DNA of 11,206 nt from a virus. Its lineage: Duplodnaviria; Heunggongvirae; Uroviricota; Caudoviricetes. The DNA lies in the IMG/VR virus record IMGVR_UViG_2630968808_000005, positions 1 through 11,206 of that record; one strand, written 5' to 3'. Position numbers and translations under genes: made by a program. Position 1 is the stretch's first letter. Every line of letters starts with the position of its first letter. Of the stretch, positions 1-8,578 are shown piece after piece. Under the pieces are notes generated by a model. It was not told where the DNA came from. It was given only the letters and a program-made list of their open reading frames with translations, and searched no databases.

Positions 1-1383
1 AAAGGCGATTTCGCACAAAATGCAGCTAAAAATGCCGGAGTTAACCTTGCCGCTCAGGGTGTTCTTTCCGCAGCAGCAAAGGGAATAGGGCGTGGAATAA
101 CGGCTATAAAAGGTGATATTGCGCCAGAAGTGGCGAAGAAAATTGCCACATCAGAATCGATGGGCGTGACACCAATGACATCTGATGTTATCCCGCCGAA
201 AAATGCTTTCACTCGCGGCCTTACTCAGGATGCCGAGGGGGCTTTGCTCGGGACGGGCTCAAAGCGAGCAGAGCAATATGCAACGCGGAGTAAGCTGGTA
301 AGCAATTATTTTGACCGTTTTGGTGAGTACAACCCTGATGATGTGGTGAAATCTCTGACCACCACGTTAAGGGGGCGGAAGGATGCCGCTGGCGCTGTTA
401 TCAATGACGTCACCAATAAAATGGGTAATGCCGCAGTTGATACCACAAATACCATGAATGCTCTGAATACAGCGATCGCAAGACAGGAACGGCTTGGGAC
501 GTCTGCCAATCAAAGCCTGCTTACATCCTTGCGTAACCTACGTGAAGAATTAGCAAACCCTGCAACTGATTTGGATGTTACGTTTGATCTCTTGCGTCAG
601 CACAGAACAGCATTTAGATCTAATGTTCAGGGAGATGCTATGGTCTTCCCCAACCAGGCAAAAGCAGCTACCAATATGGTAGAGAATGCAATGTCAAAAG
701 ACCTTCGTAACGCAGTTGCTAAAAACCTCGGTGCATCAGACGCAGCAAAATACCTTAAAGCAAATTCCGATTATGCAAACGTTTATAATAAGGTGCTTAA
801 TAAAAACATTGCCAACAAGCTCAACAAGGCAAGCAGTGAAGCCAGTCCTGAACTTATAAATACCGTTGTATTAAGCAGAAAACCATCTGACGTGAAACGA
901 ATCTGGAGCGCACTGGATGATAAGGGGAAAGAGGCTATGCGTGCAGCTTACGTCAGCAAAATAGCGGAAAAGGCCGGGGACTCTCCAGCCAAGTTCATCA
1001 CTGAAGTTAATAAGCTGAAATCTCAGTCAGGCGGTGAAATTTACAACACTATTTTTTCTGGAAAGCACATGAAAGAGCTTGATGCTCTTCATGAAGTTCT
1101 ACAGCAAACAGCAAGGTCAGACACCGCAAATGTAGTAACTCAGACGGGGCAATCGCAAGCCAACAGGATAAGGACGATTGGCGCAACTGCGACCCTTGGC
1201 GTATCAATGGGGCTTGAGGCTGGTTTTGGTGCAATGATGCGCTTGTATGAGTCCAAAGCAGCAAGGAATATGCTTCTTCGTTTGGCAAACACCAAAGCAG
1301 GAACACCAGCCTATGAAAGAGCGATAAATAACGCTGCGAATGCCATCAGACCGCTGTTTGCTACTGAGGCAACACAGCAGTAA
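1..1383 (+). CDS. Phage DNA ejection/injection protein, P22 gene-16-like (5'-partial; the frame is open from nt 1)
   Basis: Frame 1 has no stop between nt 1 and the TAA at 1381-1383, so the GTG at 130 in the ORF track is only the first in-frame start, not necessarily the real one. The protein is low-complexity and Ala/Lys/Asn/Thr-rich, typical of podovirus ejection proteins. It is the last gene before the immI/sieA slot, where P22 has gene 16. Assignment is by synteny and composition, not verified homology. Confidence 0.5.
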   Translation, partial: KGDFAQNAAKNAGVNLAAQGVLSAAAKGIGRGITAIKGDIAPEVAKKIATSESMGVTPMTSDVIPPKNAFTRGLTQDAEGALLGTGSKRAEQYATRSKLVSNYFDRFGEYNPDDVVKSLTTTLRGRKDAAGAVINDVTNKMGNAAVDTTNTMNALNTAIARQERLGTSANQSLLTSLRNLREELANPATDLDVTFDLLRQHRTAFRSNVQGDAMVFPNQAKAATNMVENAMSKDLRNAVAKNLGASDAAKYLKANSDYANVYNKVLNKNIANKLNKASSEASPELINTVVLSRKPSDVKRIWSALDDKGKEAMRAAYVSKIAEKAGDSPAKFITEVNKLKSQSGGEIYNTIFSGKHMKELDALHEVLQQTARSDTANVVTQTGQSQANRIRTIGATATLGVSMGLEAGFGAMMRLYESKAARNMLLRLANTKAGTPAYERAINNAANAIRPLFATEATQQ

Positions 1384-1407
1384 CGTATGGGAAATTGGAT
1401 TCAATCG

Positions 1408-1797
1408 CTAACATTTTCTTTTTACTTTTCCAACAAAAGCTTTGGTTGAATCCATATTTCCATAACCGGAAATGGTTTTTGACATTAAAACTGTTCCAGT
1501 AGGATGTATTACCCATGAGTCGATAACGCGTTGAGTTTCGCCATTCGCGCCGATTCCTATGATGGAGTTTTTAGACAATGCTTTGTAAGCCATGCCGCCC
1601 GCATCTGTCCCAGAATATGTGATGCTGGCATCTTCACCGTTTGTCTTAATGATGAATGTTCCACTAAAACCATCTTCTTCCGGATGGAAATTATTTCGTT
1701 CTGAATAGCTTATTCCGCGCATATCTCCAACGACCCAGCACTCTGCTGTAGCCCCAAAAGATATGAATAAGAACATAGCAGTAAGAAATTGCTTCAC
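1408..1797 (-). CDS. Hypothetical secreted/periplasmic protein (129 aa) with an N-terminal signal peptide; function unknown
   Basis: GTG start (plus-strand 1795-1797) preceded on the minus strand by a near-perfect Shine-Dalgarno TAAGGAGGT (plus-strand 1802-1810 complement) with ~5 nt spacing. Hydrophobic N-terminus MKQFLTAMFLFISFGATA followed by a predicted cleavage site before ECW. Two Cys in the mature part, one right after the signal peptide and one as the C-terminal residue. No family recognised. Confidence 0.6.
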   Translation of the reverse strand: MKQFLTAMFLFISFGATAECWVVGDMRGISYSERNNFHPEEDGFSGTFIIKTNGEDASITYSGTDAGGMAYKALSKNSIIGIGANGETQRVIDSWVIHPTGTVLMSKTISGYGNMDSTKAFVGKVKRKC

Positions 1798-1914
1798 GCC
1801 AACCTCCTTAGTTTTGAGCAGGATACCATGAAAAAAGTAAACATCTTTTGCCTACTTCACATTTGAATGGTTTGTCATTAGGATGTTTCCGGTTTTTTAA
1901 ATATGGAAATTGAT

Positions 1915-2334
1915 ATGAAGAGGATTATTGGCGTCGTTGCTGGCGCTATATTGTTATCTGGGTGCGCAACTATTGTTGGTGACGAAACGCAGCTTGTGCA
2001 AGTGAACAGCAATCCTTCCGGTGCGAGCTTTAAGGTAAAAGACGAATCAGGCGTGATTGTTGCGCAAGGTAAGACCCCGCAAGGAGTAACTCTTGCCAAG
2101 TCAGATGGTAGTTATTTTGGCAAAAAGAGCTACCAGATCACTATGGAAAAGGATGGGTACGAACCAGTTACCCTGCCAATCAAAGCCAATGCTAATGGCT
2201 GGTATATTGGTGGAAACCTTGTGTTTGGTGGGTTAATTGGTTGGCTTGCTGTAGATCCTTTTAATGGTGGGATGTATACCTTGAAGCCAAAAGAGGCAAA
2301 CGCATCTCTTATACCATCAACAAAGCAAGACTAA
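1915..2334 (+). CDS. Hypothetical lipoprotein (~139 aa from the ATG at 1915; the ORF track start at 1903 is an alternative) with a PEGA-like beta domain and a C-terminal glycine-zipper hydrophobic segment
   Basis: Signal peptide plus lipobox MKRIIGVVAGAILLSG|C. The middle region (GASFKVKDESGVIVAQGKTPQGVTLAKSDG...YQITMEKDGYEPVTLPIKAN) resembles the PEGA-domain pattern. The C-terminus WYIGGNLVFGGLIGWLAVDPFNGG is Gly-rich and hydrophobic. A hairpin plus T-tract terminator follows directly at 2343-2366. Confidence 0.6.
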   Translation: MKRIIGVVAGAILLSGCATIVGDETQLVQVNSNPSGASFKVKDESGVIVAQGKTPQGVTLAKSDGSYFGKKSYQITMEKDGYEPVTLPIKANANGWYIGGNLVFGGLIGWLAVDPFNGGMYTLKPKEANASLIPSTKQD

Positions 2335-2342
2335 TAAATAGG

Positions 2343-2366
2343 ACCCACCTTCAGGTGGGTTTTTTG
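2343..2366 (+). terminator. Rho-independent terminator after the lipoprotein gene; the mnt stop codon sits in its loop
   Basis: ACCCACC (2343-2349), loop TTCA, GGTGGGT (2354-2360), followed by TTTTT (2361-2365). Confidence 0.65.
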
Positions 2367-2602
2367 TACAAAACCTTCAGCGTATCAAACACCATCTTCT
2401 TAACAAGCTCTGACTGCTCATCAGCGAGTCGTTCTGCATCGTCGCGATATCCAGTCACAGGCGATGGTTTTGATAGAGCATCTTGGACGATTTGTAACAA
2501 CTCGGAGTTCATTGATCTCCCATTCGCCTCCGCCCTGAATTTTAATTTCTCCCTTACTTCCATAGGCATACGGAAGTTAAAGTGCGGATCATCTCTAGCC
2601 AT
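2351..2602 (-). CDS. mnt: Mnt repressor (immI maintenance repressor), 83 aa
   Basis: The translation MARDDPHFNFRMPMEVREKLKFRAEANGRSMNSELLQIVQDALSKPSPVTGYRDDAERLADEQSELVKKMVFDTLKVLYKKPT matches P22 Mnt (ribbon-helix-helix N-terminus plus C-terminal tetramerisation helix) at near identity as I recall it. It is divergent from arc across the operator region. Confidence 0.92.
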   Translation of the reverse strand: MARDDPHFNFRMPMEVREKLKFRAEANGRSMNSELLQIVQDALSKPSPVTGYRDDAERLADEQSELVKKMVFDTLKVLYKKPT

Positions 2603-2624
2603 GCCATCACTCCAAGTTAGTGTA

Positions 2625-2653
2625 TTGACATGATAGAAGCACTCTACTATATT
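2625..2653 (+). promoter_or_regulatory. Pant promoter (-35 TTGACA 2625-2630, 17-bp spacer, -10 TATATT 2648-2653) with the Arc operator (2630-2650) between the hexamers; the divergent Pmnt overlaps it on the minus strand
   Basis: Read directly: TTGACATGATAGAAGCACTCTACTATATT. ATGATAGAAGCACTCTACTAT is the 21-bp Arc operator known from P22. On the minus strand, TTGAGA (plus 2653-2658) and TATCAT (plus 2630-2635) with a 17-bp spacer form a plausible Pmnt. Confidence 0.8.
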
Positions 2654-2657
2654 CTCA

Positions 2658-2678
2658 ATAGGTCCACGGTGGACCTAT
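2658..2678. promoter_or_regulatory. Mnt operator (Omnt), a perfect palindrome centred on the Pant start region
   Basis: ATAGGTCCACGGTGGACCTAT, with symmetric half-sites GGTCCAC/GTGGACC, matches the P22 mnt operator and lies just downstream of the Pant -10. Confidence 0.8.
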
Positions 2679-2692
2679 ATTGTGAGGTGAAT

Positions 2693-2854
2693 ATGAAAGG
2701 AATGAGCAAGATGCCGCAGTTCAATTTGCGGTGGCCTAAAGAAGTATTGGATTTGGTCCGCAAGGTGGCGGAAGAGAATGGTCGGTCTGTTAACTCTGAG
2801 ATTTATCAGAGAGTAATGGAAAGCTTTAAGAAGGAAGGGCGCATTGGCGCGTAA
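2693..2854 (+). CDS. arc: Arc repressor, 53 aa
   Basis: [53 protein letters not shown] is near-identical to P22 Arc as I recall it. The start is the ATG at 2693 preceded by GAGGTG; the upstream 21 codons in the ORF track (from 2630) overlap the operators and promoter and are not coding. Confidence 0.92.
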   Translation: MKGMSKMPQFNLRWPKEVLDLVRKVAEENGRSVNSEIYQRVMESFKKEGRIGA

Positions 2855-2923
2855 AGTTGAAGCCCCAACTGCGGGAACAGTCAGGGCTTCGGTTGTCAGT
2901 AAATCCGTGGAGAAAAACCAACA
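2855..2923 (-). ncRNA. sar: Probable sar antisense RNA (small antisense regulator of ant translation)
   Basis: In P22, sar is a ~68-nt RNA transcribed leftward from a promoter inside the 5' end of ant, across the ant ribosome-binding site into the arc-ant spacer. Here a minus-strand -10 TATACT (plus 2930-2935) lies at the ant start, and the 69-bp interval back to the arc stop fits that size. Ends are inferred, not mapped. Confidence 0.45.
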
Positions 2924-3825
2924 TGAATAGTATAGCAATTTTAGAAGCAGTGAACACCTCTTATGTACCATTCAACGGTCAGCAAATTATCACCGCCATG
3001 GCTGCCGGAGTTGCATATGTTGCGATGAAGCCAATCGTTGAAAACCTTGGAATGAGCTGGTCAACGCAGCAAACAAAACTCATGAAGCAGATTAGCAAAT
3101 TCAACTGTGTTCATATGAACATGGTTGCCGCTGATGGGAAGCTTCGTAAGCTACTCTGCCTTCCTTTGAAGAAGTTAAATGGATGGCTGTTCAGCATCAA
3201 CCCTGAGAAAGTTCGTGCTGACATCCGTGATAAACTGATTCAGTACCAGGAAGAATGCTTTACTGTACTGCATGACTACTGGACAAAGGGAAAGGCAGAA
3301 AATGCACGTAAGAAAACATCTGTTGATGACAGGACTCCGCTTCGTGATGCTGTAAATATGCTAGTCAGCAAAAAGCATCTAATGTACCCAGAAGCTTATG
3401 CAATGATTCATCAGCGTTTCAATGTGGAAAGTATTGAAGAGCTTGATGCATCTCAGATACCGCAAGCCGTAGAGTACATCCACAGGGTAGTGCTTGAAGG
3501 TGAATTTATCGGCAAACAAGAGAAGAAAACCAACGAGCTTTCTGCAAAAGAAGCAAACAGCCTTGTATGGTTATGGGATTATGCCAACCGCTCACAGGCA
3601 TTATTCCGCGAACTGTATCTGGCGCTAAAACAAATTCAATCGAACTATTCCGGCAGATGCTACGACTATGGCCATGAGTTCTCGTATGTTATCGGAATGG
3701 CGAGAGACGTTTTAATCAATCACACACGAGATGTTGATATTAATGAGCCAGACGGACCAACGAATCTTTCCGCATGGATGAGACTTAAGAATAAAGAATT
3801 ACCTCCTTCAGTACATAACTACTGA
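2923..3825 (+). CDS. ant: Antirepressor Ant, 300 aa
   Basis: ATG at 2923 preceded by GGAG (2909-2912). The position directly downstream of arc, the 300-aa size and the N-terminus [21 protein letters not shown]... match P22 Ant as I recall it. The N-terminal extension from 2857 in the ORF track is rejected. Confidence 0.88.
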   Translation: MNSIAILEAVNTSYVPFNGQQIITAMAAGVAYVAMKPIVENLGMSWSTQQTKLMKQISKFNCVHMNMVAADGKLRKLLCLPLKKLNGWLFSINPEKVRADIRDKLIQYQEECFTVLHDYWTKGKAENARKKTSVDDRTPLRDAVNMLVSKKHLMYPEAYAMIHQRFNVESIEELDASQIPQAVEYIHRVVLEGEFIGKQEKKTNELSAKEANSLVWLWDYANRSQALFRELYLALKQIQSNYSGRCYDYGHEFSYVIGMARDVLINHTRDVDINEPDGPTNLSAWMRLKNKELPPSVHNY

Positions 3826-3842
3826 CAGATAACCAACGCAAC

Positions 3843-3868
3843 GACCCAGCTTCGGCTGGGTTTTTTTA
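3843..3868 (+). terminator. Rho-independent terminator downstream of ant
   Basis: CCCAGC (3845-3850), loop TTCG, GCTGGG (3855-3860), followed by a 7-T run (3861-3867). Confidence 0.7.
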
Positions 3869-3925
3869 TGCCCAAAATTCATCGTAGCCATGCTTCGGTG
3901 ATTCCTTGTATCTGGAGCAAATTAA

Positions 3926-6094
3926 ATGACAGACATTACAGCCAATGTGATCGTATCAATGCCTTCGCAACTCTTCACTATGGCGCGTTCTTTTAAAGCC
4001 GTAGCTAATGGCAAAATTTATATCGGTAAAATTGACACTGACCCGGTAAATCCAGAAAACCAGATTCAGGTTTATGTGGAGAACGAAGACGGCTCTCACG
4101 TTCCTGTTTCGCAACCAATCATCATTAACGCTGCCGGCTATCCGGTATACAACGGACAGGTGTCGAAATTTGTCACCGTTCAGGGCCACAGCATGGCTGT
4201 ATACGATGCGTATGGCGTGCAGCAGTTTTACTACCCTAACGTGCTGAAGTACGACCCGGATCAGTTCAAAACTCAGTTAGAAGCCGCACAAGGGGCGAGC
4301 CTGGTAGGGTATCGCTATAAAGACGCTCCTAACGCTACTGTGCGTAAAGTCTCTGACGTTCTGGACGAGCGTGTAAGCCTTTGGGATTTCCACTGTGACT
4401 CAAGCGGCAACGTCATCCAGCCCGGCCCTAATGTAGACAGTCGTCAATATATTCAGAATGCCATTGATTATCTGAATGCACATGGTGGTGGGACTCTGGT
4501 TATCCCACCAGGGAAGTGGTGGCTGAATTCGTATGGCCGTCCAGAAAAGATTTCCAGCTATGCTGGAGTTATCCAGCTACTCAGTAATGTTGACATCTAC
4601 TTTGAAGCGGGCAGCACCGTCGCTCTGACTACGTTCTTTAATGAAAAAGCGTATTGCGTTTTCTGTGGTTTTAATGGGAACGACCCGGCAACGTCTGCAT
4701 CGCTGAATAACTGCCATATTTATGGTTCGGGCATTATCGACTGCGGGCCTACAAACAAACAACCAATCGGTAGCGCCCTGTGCTACGCCATTGGTACAGG
4801 TAGGTCTTATGATTGTAGCATCCGTGGCATTACCATCACTAATGGAGACCTTACCTGGGCGGCAACTCTGGGCTGGAATGGCTACGGCAATAACACAGTA
4901 GTAGATGGGGTGACGGTAACTAGCTGCAAAAAGACTGATATTGATCGCAACGTGGATCAGTCGTTGTTTTATGTAGGTTGCCCTTATTCTGGTGTCAGAA
5001 ATTGCTACATGAACCCGTCGGCAGATACTGGTTTCGCAAACAGGGTCTCTGCTGGTGTAGAGCTACATCAACATAATACATTCTGCGATAACAATCACAT
5101 GACTGGGTTGATGCGCGGTGTCTATGTGGTTATGCACGGTGCAGAAGCGGCTGGACAAGGTTTGTACATGTACAATATTAGCGTGTGCAATAATACCGCA
5201 AGTGTCGCGGGGCAATTTGTCACCCTGACAGCAGACCAGAAGGTGGCGATCACCCATATACATAACGTGATTATTGCTAATAATATCGCTGTTATTGAAC
5301 CGCCTAAAGATCCAAATCAGGAAATAGGCCGAATATTCGTTAACAGCGAGATGTGGAAGGACACTCCCAGGGACTCTAACACAGAGCGGGTGCTCGTGAC
5401 TGGTAACATTTTCCATTGCCCGATAACTCTGCCAGGGAGCGTCTTCTTTGCTTATAGAATTAGTACCCGTAACTACCAATTCTCAGGGAACATGGTGGAT
5501 GCTCAAAAAATCATGTCAGGGGACGGGCTTGGGGTAACAGATCAACTTGAGCTTCGCAATATCATATGGGATTCATCGAATAGCCTGGGGAACTCATGGC
5601 TCGGCCAGCGGGGTAAAAACACCAACCTATTTGATATTTATGCAGCAGCGGTAGTTAGCTGCCATTTTGATATTACATTGCCGTATGAGGATAGCTCAAT
5701 TGCTCATGTGTTTTACACGCCTGATGGCTGTAGTGTGGATTATACCGTGGTTAAGGTTAATGCTGAGCGAGTGCCGGAGGGCGTCGTAGGTGTAAGGATG
5801 TCTCAAGCAAACCTGGAGAAGGTTTCTAACCATGTGAGTTATCCAGTCACGATTAGCTTCGGAAGTTACGACGCAAATGGCGCTACGTTGTGTTTTAGCG
5901 TAGATACTACATATGGATGGGTAGGTTCTGCTACTGCGATAAGTCACAGTGACAACACAAACATAACGCCTCCTGGTTGTTATGCCGCTACAGAAACCGA
6001 TCAACTTCAAGGAGTGGGTTGGTCGCATACGAGTGGGGCTAAGTCATACAAGCAGAGGGTGCTATTACGTAGCCGATCAACCCTTCCTGTCTAA
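3926..6094 (+). CDS. Tailspike protein, 722 aa: P22-type N-terminal head-binding domain fused to a different beta-helix receptor-binding/depolymerase body
   Basis: Residues 1-~120 ([78 protein letters not shown]...VLKYDPDQF) match the conserved head-binding domain of P22 gp9 and relatives. The remainder does not match the P22 endorhamnosidase as I recall it, and the protein is longer (722 vs 667 aa). GGAG Shine-Dalgarno at 3914-3917. Confidence 0.9.
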   Translation: MTDITANVIVSMPSQLFTMARSFKAVANGKIYIGKIDTDPVNPENQIQVYVENEDGSHVPVSQPIIINAAGYPVYNGQVSKFVTVQGHSMAVYDAYGVQQFYYPNVLKYDPDQFKTQLEAAQGASLVGYRYKDAPNATVRKVSDVLDERVSLWDFHCDSSGNVIQPGPNVDSRQYIQNAIDYLNAHGGGTLVIPPGKWWLNSYGRPEKISSYAGVIQLLSNVDIYFEAGSTVALTTFFNEKAYCVFCGFNGNDPATSASLNNCHIYGSGIIDCGPTNKQPIGSALCYAIGTGRSYDCSIRGITITNGDLTWAATLGWNGYGNNTVVDGVTVTSCKKTDIDRNVDQSLFYVGCPYSGVRNCYMNPSADTGFANRVSAGVELHQHNTFCDNNHMTGLMRGVYVVMHGAEAAGQGLYMYNISVCNNTASVAGQFVTLTADQKVAITHIHNVIIANNIAVIEPPKDPNQEIGRIFVNSEMWKDTPRDSNTERVLVTGNIFHCPITLPGSVFFAYRISTRNYQFSGNMVDAQKIMSGDGLGVTDQLELRNIIWDSSNSLGNSWLGQRGKNTNLFDIYAAAVVSCHFDITLPYEDSSIAHVFYTPDGCSVDYTVVKVNAERVPEGVVGVRMSQANLEKVSNHVSYPVTISFGSYDANGATLCFSVDTTYGWVGSATAISHSDNTNITPPGCYAATETDQLQGVGWSHTSGAKSYKQRVLLRSRSTLPV

Positions 6095-6146
6095 GGCGTG
6101 ATGGATAGTTTATTGTAGCAGCTTGTTTTACTGAGAATCTTCACGT

Positions 6147-6177
6147 AATAAAAAATCCCCGCTAGGCGGGGATTTTC
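6147..6177. terminator. Bidirectional rho-independent terminator between the convergent tailspike and gtrC genes
   Basis: ATCCCCGC (6155-6162), loop TAG, GCGGGGAT (6166-6173), flanked by AAAAA upstream and TTT downstream; the U-tract is better for the minus-strand (gtrC) transcript. Confidence 0.65.
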
Positions 6178-6194
6178 AATCTTTTATAACACAA

Positions 6195-7658
6195 TTAATT
6201 CATGCAATCTTTTTTGCTAAAATCAACAACTATATTTACCCCTTCATGGTATAGCTTATAGTCTTGATTACTGGTTACTAACTTATAATTGCAAAAGTCC
6301 CTGAGTGAGCTATTGACTATTTCACTATTATACCCAGGGTCCATTTGCTTCAAACCGTTTATTCCCATGTAATAATGCGCCCACATCCAGTTTCCAAAAT
6401 AACTAACTACTAGCCCATTTAGCAATGGGAAATTCTTGGATGAGTTTGTAAGTATGCTTGATCTGGGTGGCTCACCATTAAAAATAATATAGTTTGTATT
6501 GTAATCGAATTCTTTCGTATCTTCTTTTATTGAATCTATTATTTGTTTATCAACAGAGGATTGATGCTTGCTGGAATTAGCATATGCGCATGTAAAAATA
6601 ATCATGTATGCATACATCGGCAGAACAACCAATGACGGTACTTTGCTTTCTTTGCACGCCAGAGTCGCCAGGAATAAGACAAAAAGCAAATAGGAGCCAA
6701 CGCCTATGTACAACCGTGAAAAACCTACCATTGGGTTATCAAGTGGTAAAAGAGATCCTATCGTGGCGACTGGAGTCACAATTATTACAAGTAAAGAAAC
6801 AACAAAAATAAACCAACCAAACTTACCTTTATATCCTCTTAAATACCTATAAGAAATTACCAAAGCGGAAAGTAAGGAGATTGCAATAAGAACTGGCATG
6901 ATGAATTCCCCCATGCCATTAGGTAGTATTACCCCTTCTATATGATAGTAATAGGATTTTAAGTTACTGATTACTGTGTTCAGAAGATCAGCAGAAACCC
7001 TTGGGTGGTTAGCACTGTGAGAGGACTCCAAAGTCAAAGGCAATATCACCTTCATATAGAGAGCCAGCCCTAACAAAGTGCTTAAAACGCGTATAAACGA
7101 TAATTTTATTATTTCAAAAGGAGATGCCAGCTTATAAACATCATAAAAGAATAGCAGAGATGTAAAAATAAGTATTATATTTACAGATGCTTGATATAAA
7201 CACATTACACCAACCACTAAAGCCACCTTAATTAAAAGGTTGATATAATGATTATTTGATAAAGTAAATAAAAAAGAAAAAGACAGAACAGCGGAAAACA
7301 GGATTGTCAGGCTATCAAACCTGTAACTAACAACCTCAACAATAAATGGATTTATTAAAAAAGACAAAGGGAGCAGGAAAAGCCCTTTTTTGTTATTGAA
7401 AAACTCTTTGCCAAATCTATAAAAAACCCATGACAGCATGGCACAAGCAACAAGGAGCGGAGCAGGGGCAATGTCTGCCATTGTGCCACTAAACATAATA
7501 ACAGACATCAATATATCAGACAGAGGACGCCCATCTTCCCACCAAAATCTGTAACCTAGCGTAGACCGCCCAATATCGTCAATGTAATAAATGTTTGCTA
7601 ATATGATGGGGGCCACCAGTAGCAAAATAATGATGAAATATTCCTTTATTTGTTTCAC
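6195..7658 (-). CDS. gtrC: GtrC-type serotype-specific O-antigen glucosyltransferase (polytopic membrane protein, 487 aa); specificity unknown
   Basis: Third gene of the gtr operon, with its start overlapping the gtrB stop (ATGA). Highly hydrophobic with many predicted TM segments and a C-terminal soluble domain. Visibly AT-rich compared with its neighbours, as is usual for gtrC genes. Assignment is by synteny and topology; GtrC proteins share little sequence similarity. Confidence 0.7.
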   Translation of the reverse strand: MKQIKEYFIIILLLVAPIILANIYYIDDIGRSTLGYRFWWEDGRPLSDILMSVIMFSGTMADIAPAPLLVACAMLSWVFYRFGKEFFNNKKGLFLLPLSFLINPFIVEVVSYRFDSLTILFSAVLSFSFLFTLSNNHYINLLIKVALVVGVMCLYQASVNIILIFTSLLFFYDVYKLASPFEIIKLSFIRVLSTLLGLALYMKVILPLTLESSHSANHPRVSADLLNTVISNLKSYYYHIEGVILPNGMGEFIMPVLIAISLLSALVISYRYLRGYKGKFGWFIFVVSLLVIIVTPVATIGSLLPLDNPMVGFSRLYIGVGSYLLFVLFLATLACKESKVPSLVVLPMYAYMIIFTCAYANSSKHQSSVDKQIIDSIKEDTKEFDYNTNYIIFNGEPPRSSILTNSSKNFPLLNGLVVSYFGNWMWAHYYMGINGLKQMDPGYNSEIVNSSLRDFCNYKLVTSNQDYKLYHEGVNIVVDFSKKDCMN

Positions 7659-8578
7659 GCTTCATCCCCATTTTTTAAAATATATCTAGGCCTGTTCTTG
7701 GATTCGGTGTAAATCCTCCCGATGTACTCACCAAGCACCCCAATGCCAATAAGTTGTACGCCACCAAGAAACAGAATAGAAACCAGCAATGAGGGGTAGC
7801 CTCGCACCGGATTGCCAAAGGCGATAGTGTCTATAATCATCCATGCACCATAAATGAACGACAGGCCTGCTACCAACAATCCAATATAAGTCCACATGCG
7901 CAGAGGGAAGGTAGAGAAACTGGTTATCCCCTCAAGGGCAAGGTTCCATAACTTCCAGCCATTGAATTTTGAATCACCGGCAATCCTTTCAGCCCTGGTG
8001 TATTCAACGATATCAGTGTTCCCGCCAACCCAGCTAAGAATGCCTTTCATAAAGAGGTTGCGCTCAGGAAGAAGCTTGATGTTTTCCACCACCGCTCGGG
8101 ACATCAGGCGGAAATCACCTACATTCTCCTCAATTTTAGGATTGCTTATTTTATTGTGGAGCTTATAGAACCACTCAGCCGTTTTTCGCTTCAGTCTGCC
8201 ATCCGTTGAGCGGTCAGATCGTTTAGCAAGCACCATGTCAGCACCTGCTAGCCACTTTTCAATCAGATGAGGAATGACCTCAATCGGGTCTTGCAGGTCA
8301 ACATCAATAGGAATAACGGCATCACCTGTTGCATGGTCTAACCCTGCAAACAATGCGGGTTCTTTACCAAAGTTTCGTGTAAATGACAGCGGAACAACTA
8401 GAGGATCTGAAACAGCCAGAGCGTTAATGATTGACTCCGTAGCGTCTTTGCTGCCGTCATTTATGAAAACAATTTCCACTTCGTATGGCTTCAACTCTTC
8501 GAATTCACGTACCGTTTTATAAAAAATTGGTATTGCTTCTTCTTCATTGAAGACAGGAACTACAAGAGATATCTTCAT
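7655..8578 (-). CDS. gtrB: GtrB bactoprenol glucosyltransferase (GT2 family, UDP-glucose:undecaprenyl-phosphate glucosyltransferase), 307 aa
   Basis: N-terminus [20 protein letters not shown], the DxD-type motif in [10 protein letters not shown], and two C-terminal TM helices are typical of GtrB/DPM1-like enzymes. The start overlaps the gtrA stop. Confidence 0.9.
   Translation of the reverse strand: MKISLVVPVFNEEEAIPIFYKTVREFEELKPYEVEIVFINDGSKDATESIINALAVSDPLVVPLSFTRNFGKEPALFAGLDHATGDAVIPIDVDLQDPIEVIPHLIEKWLAGADMVLAKRSDRSTDGRLKRKTAEWFYKLHNKISNPKIEENVGDFRLMSRAVVENIKLLPERNLFMKGILSWVGGNTDIVEYTRAERIAGDSKFNGWKLWNLALEGITSFSTFPLRMWTYIGLLVAGLSFIYGAWMIIDTIAFGNPVRGYPSLLVSILFLGGVQLIGIGVLGEYIGRIYTESKNRPRYILKNGDEA

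Noticed and set aside
306-509. 67-aa minus-strand ORF inside the ejection-protein gene
   Set aside because: Lies entirely within and antisense to a long, well-supported CDS; no ribosome-binding site; typical shadow ORF.
1049-1404. Two overlapping minus-strand ORFs (85 aa and 66 aa) at the 3' end of the ejection-protein gene
   Set aside because: Antisense shadow ORFs within the larger CDS, with Cys/Leu-rich implausible composition.
1878-2099. 73-aa minus-strand ORF overlapping the lipoprotein gene
   Set aside because: Antisense to a gene with a clear signal peptide, lipobox and terminator; no independent support.
2355-2633. 92-aa plus-strand ORF antisense to mnt
   Set aside because: Overlaps mnt, whose translation matches a known protein; the antisense frame has no support.
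2630-2692. N-terminal extension of arc (MIEALYYILNRSTVDLYCEVN...) suggested by the ORF track
   Set aside because: The extension is made of the Arc and Mnt operators and the Pant promoter itself; the real start is the ATG at 2693, giving the canonical 53-aa Arc.
2857-2922. N-terminal extension of ant ([22 protein letters not shown]) from the ORF track
   Set aside because: The canonical Ant start is the ATG at 2923 with GGAG upstream; the extension would begin within 3 nt of the arc stop without a ribosome-binding site.
2675-2971. 98-aa minus-strand ORF spanning arc and the arc-ant spacer
   Set aside because: Antisense to arc; this region is better explained by the sar antisense RNA than by a protein.
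3956-6028. Four minus-strand ORFs (77, 61, 138 and 110 aa) inside the tailspike gene
   Set aside because: All antisense within a 722-aa CDS of recognisable identity; shadow ORFs.
6608-6811. 67-aa plus-strand ORF inside gtrC
   Set aside because: Antisense to gtrC; no independent support.
7896-8522. Two plus-strand ORFs (90 aa and 82 aa) inside gtrB
   Set aside because: Antisense to gtrB, a conserved GT2 enzyme; shadow ORFs.
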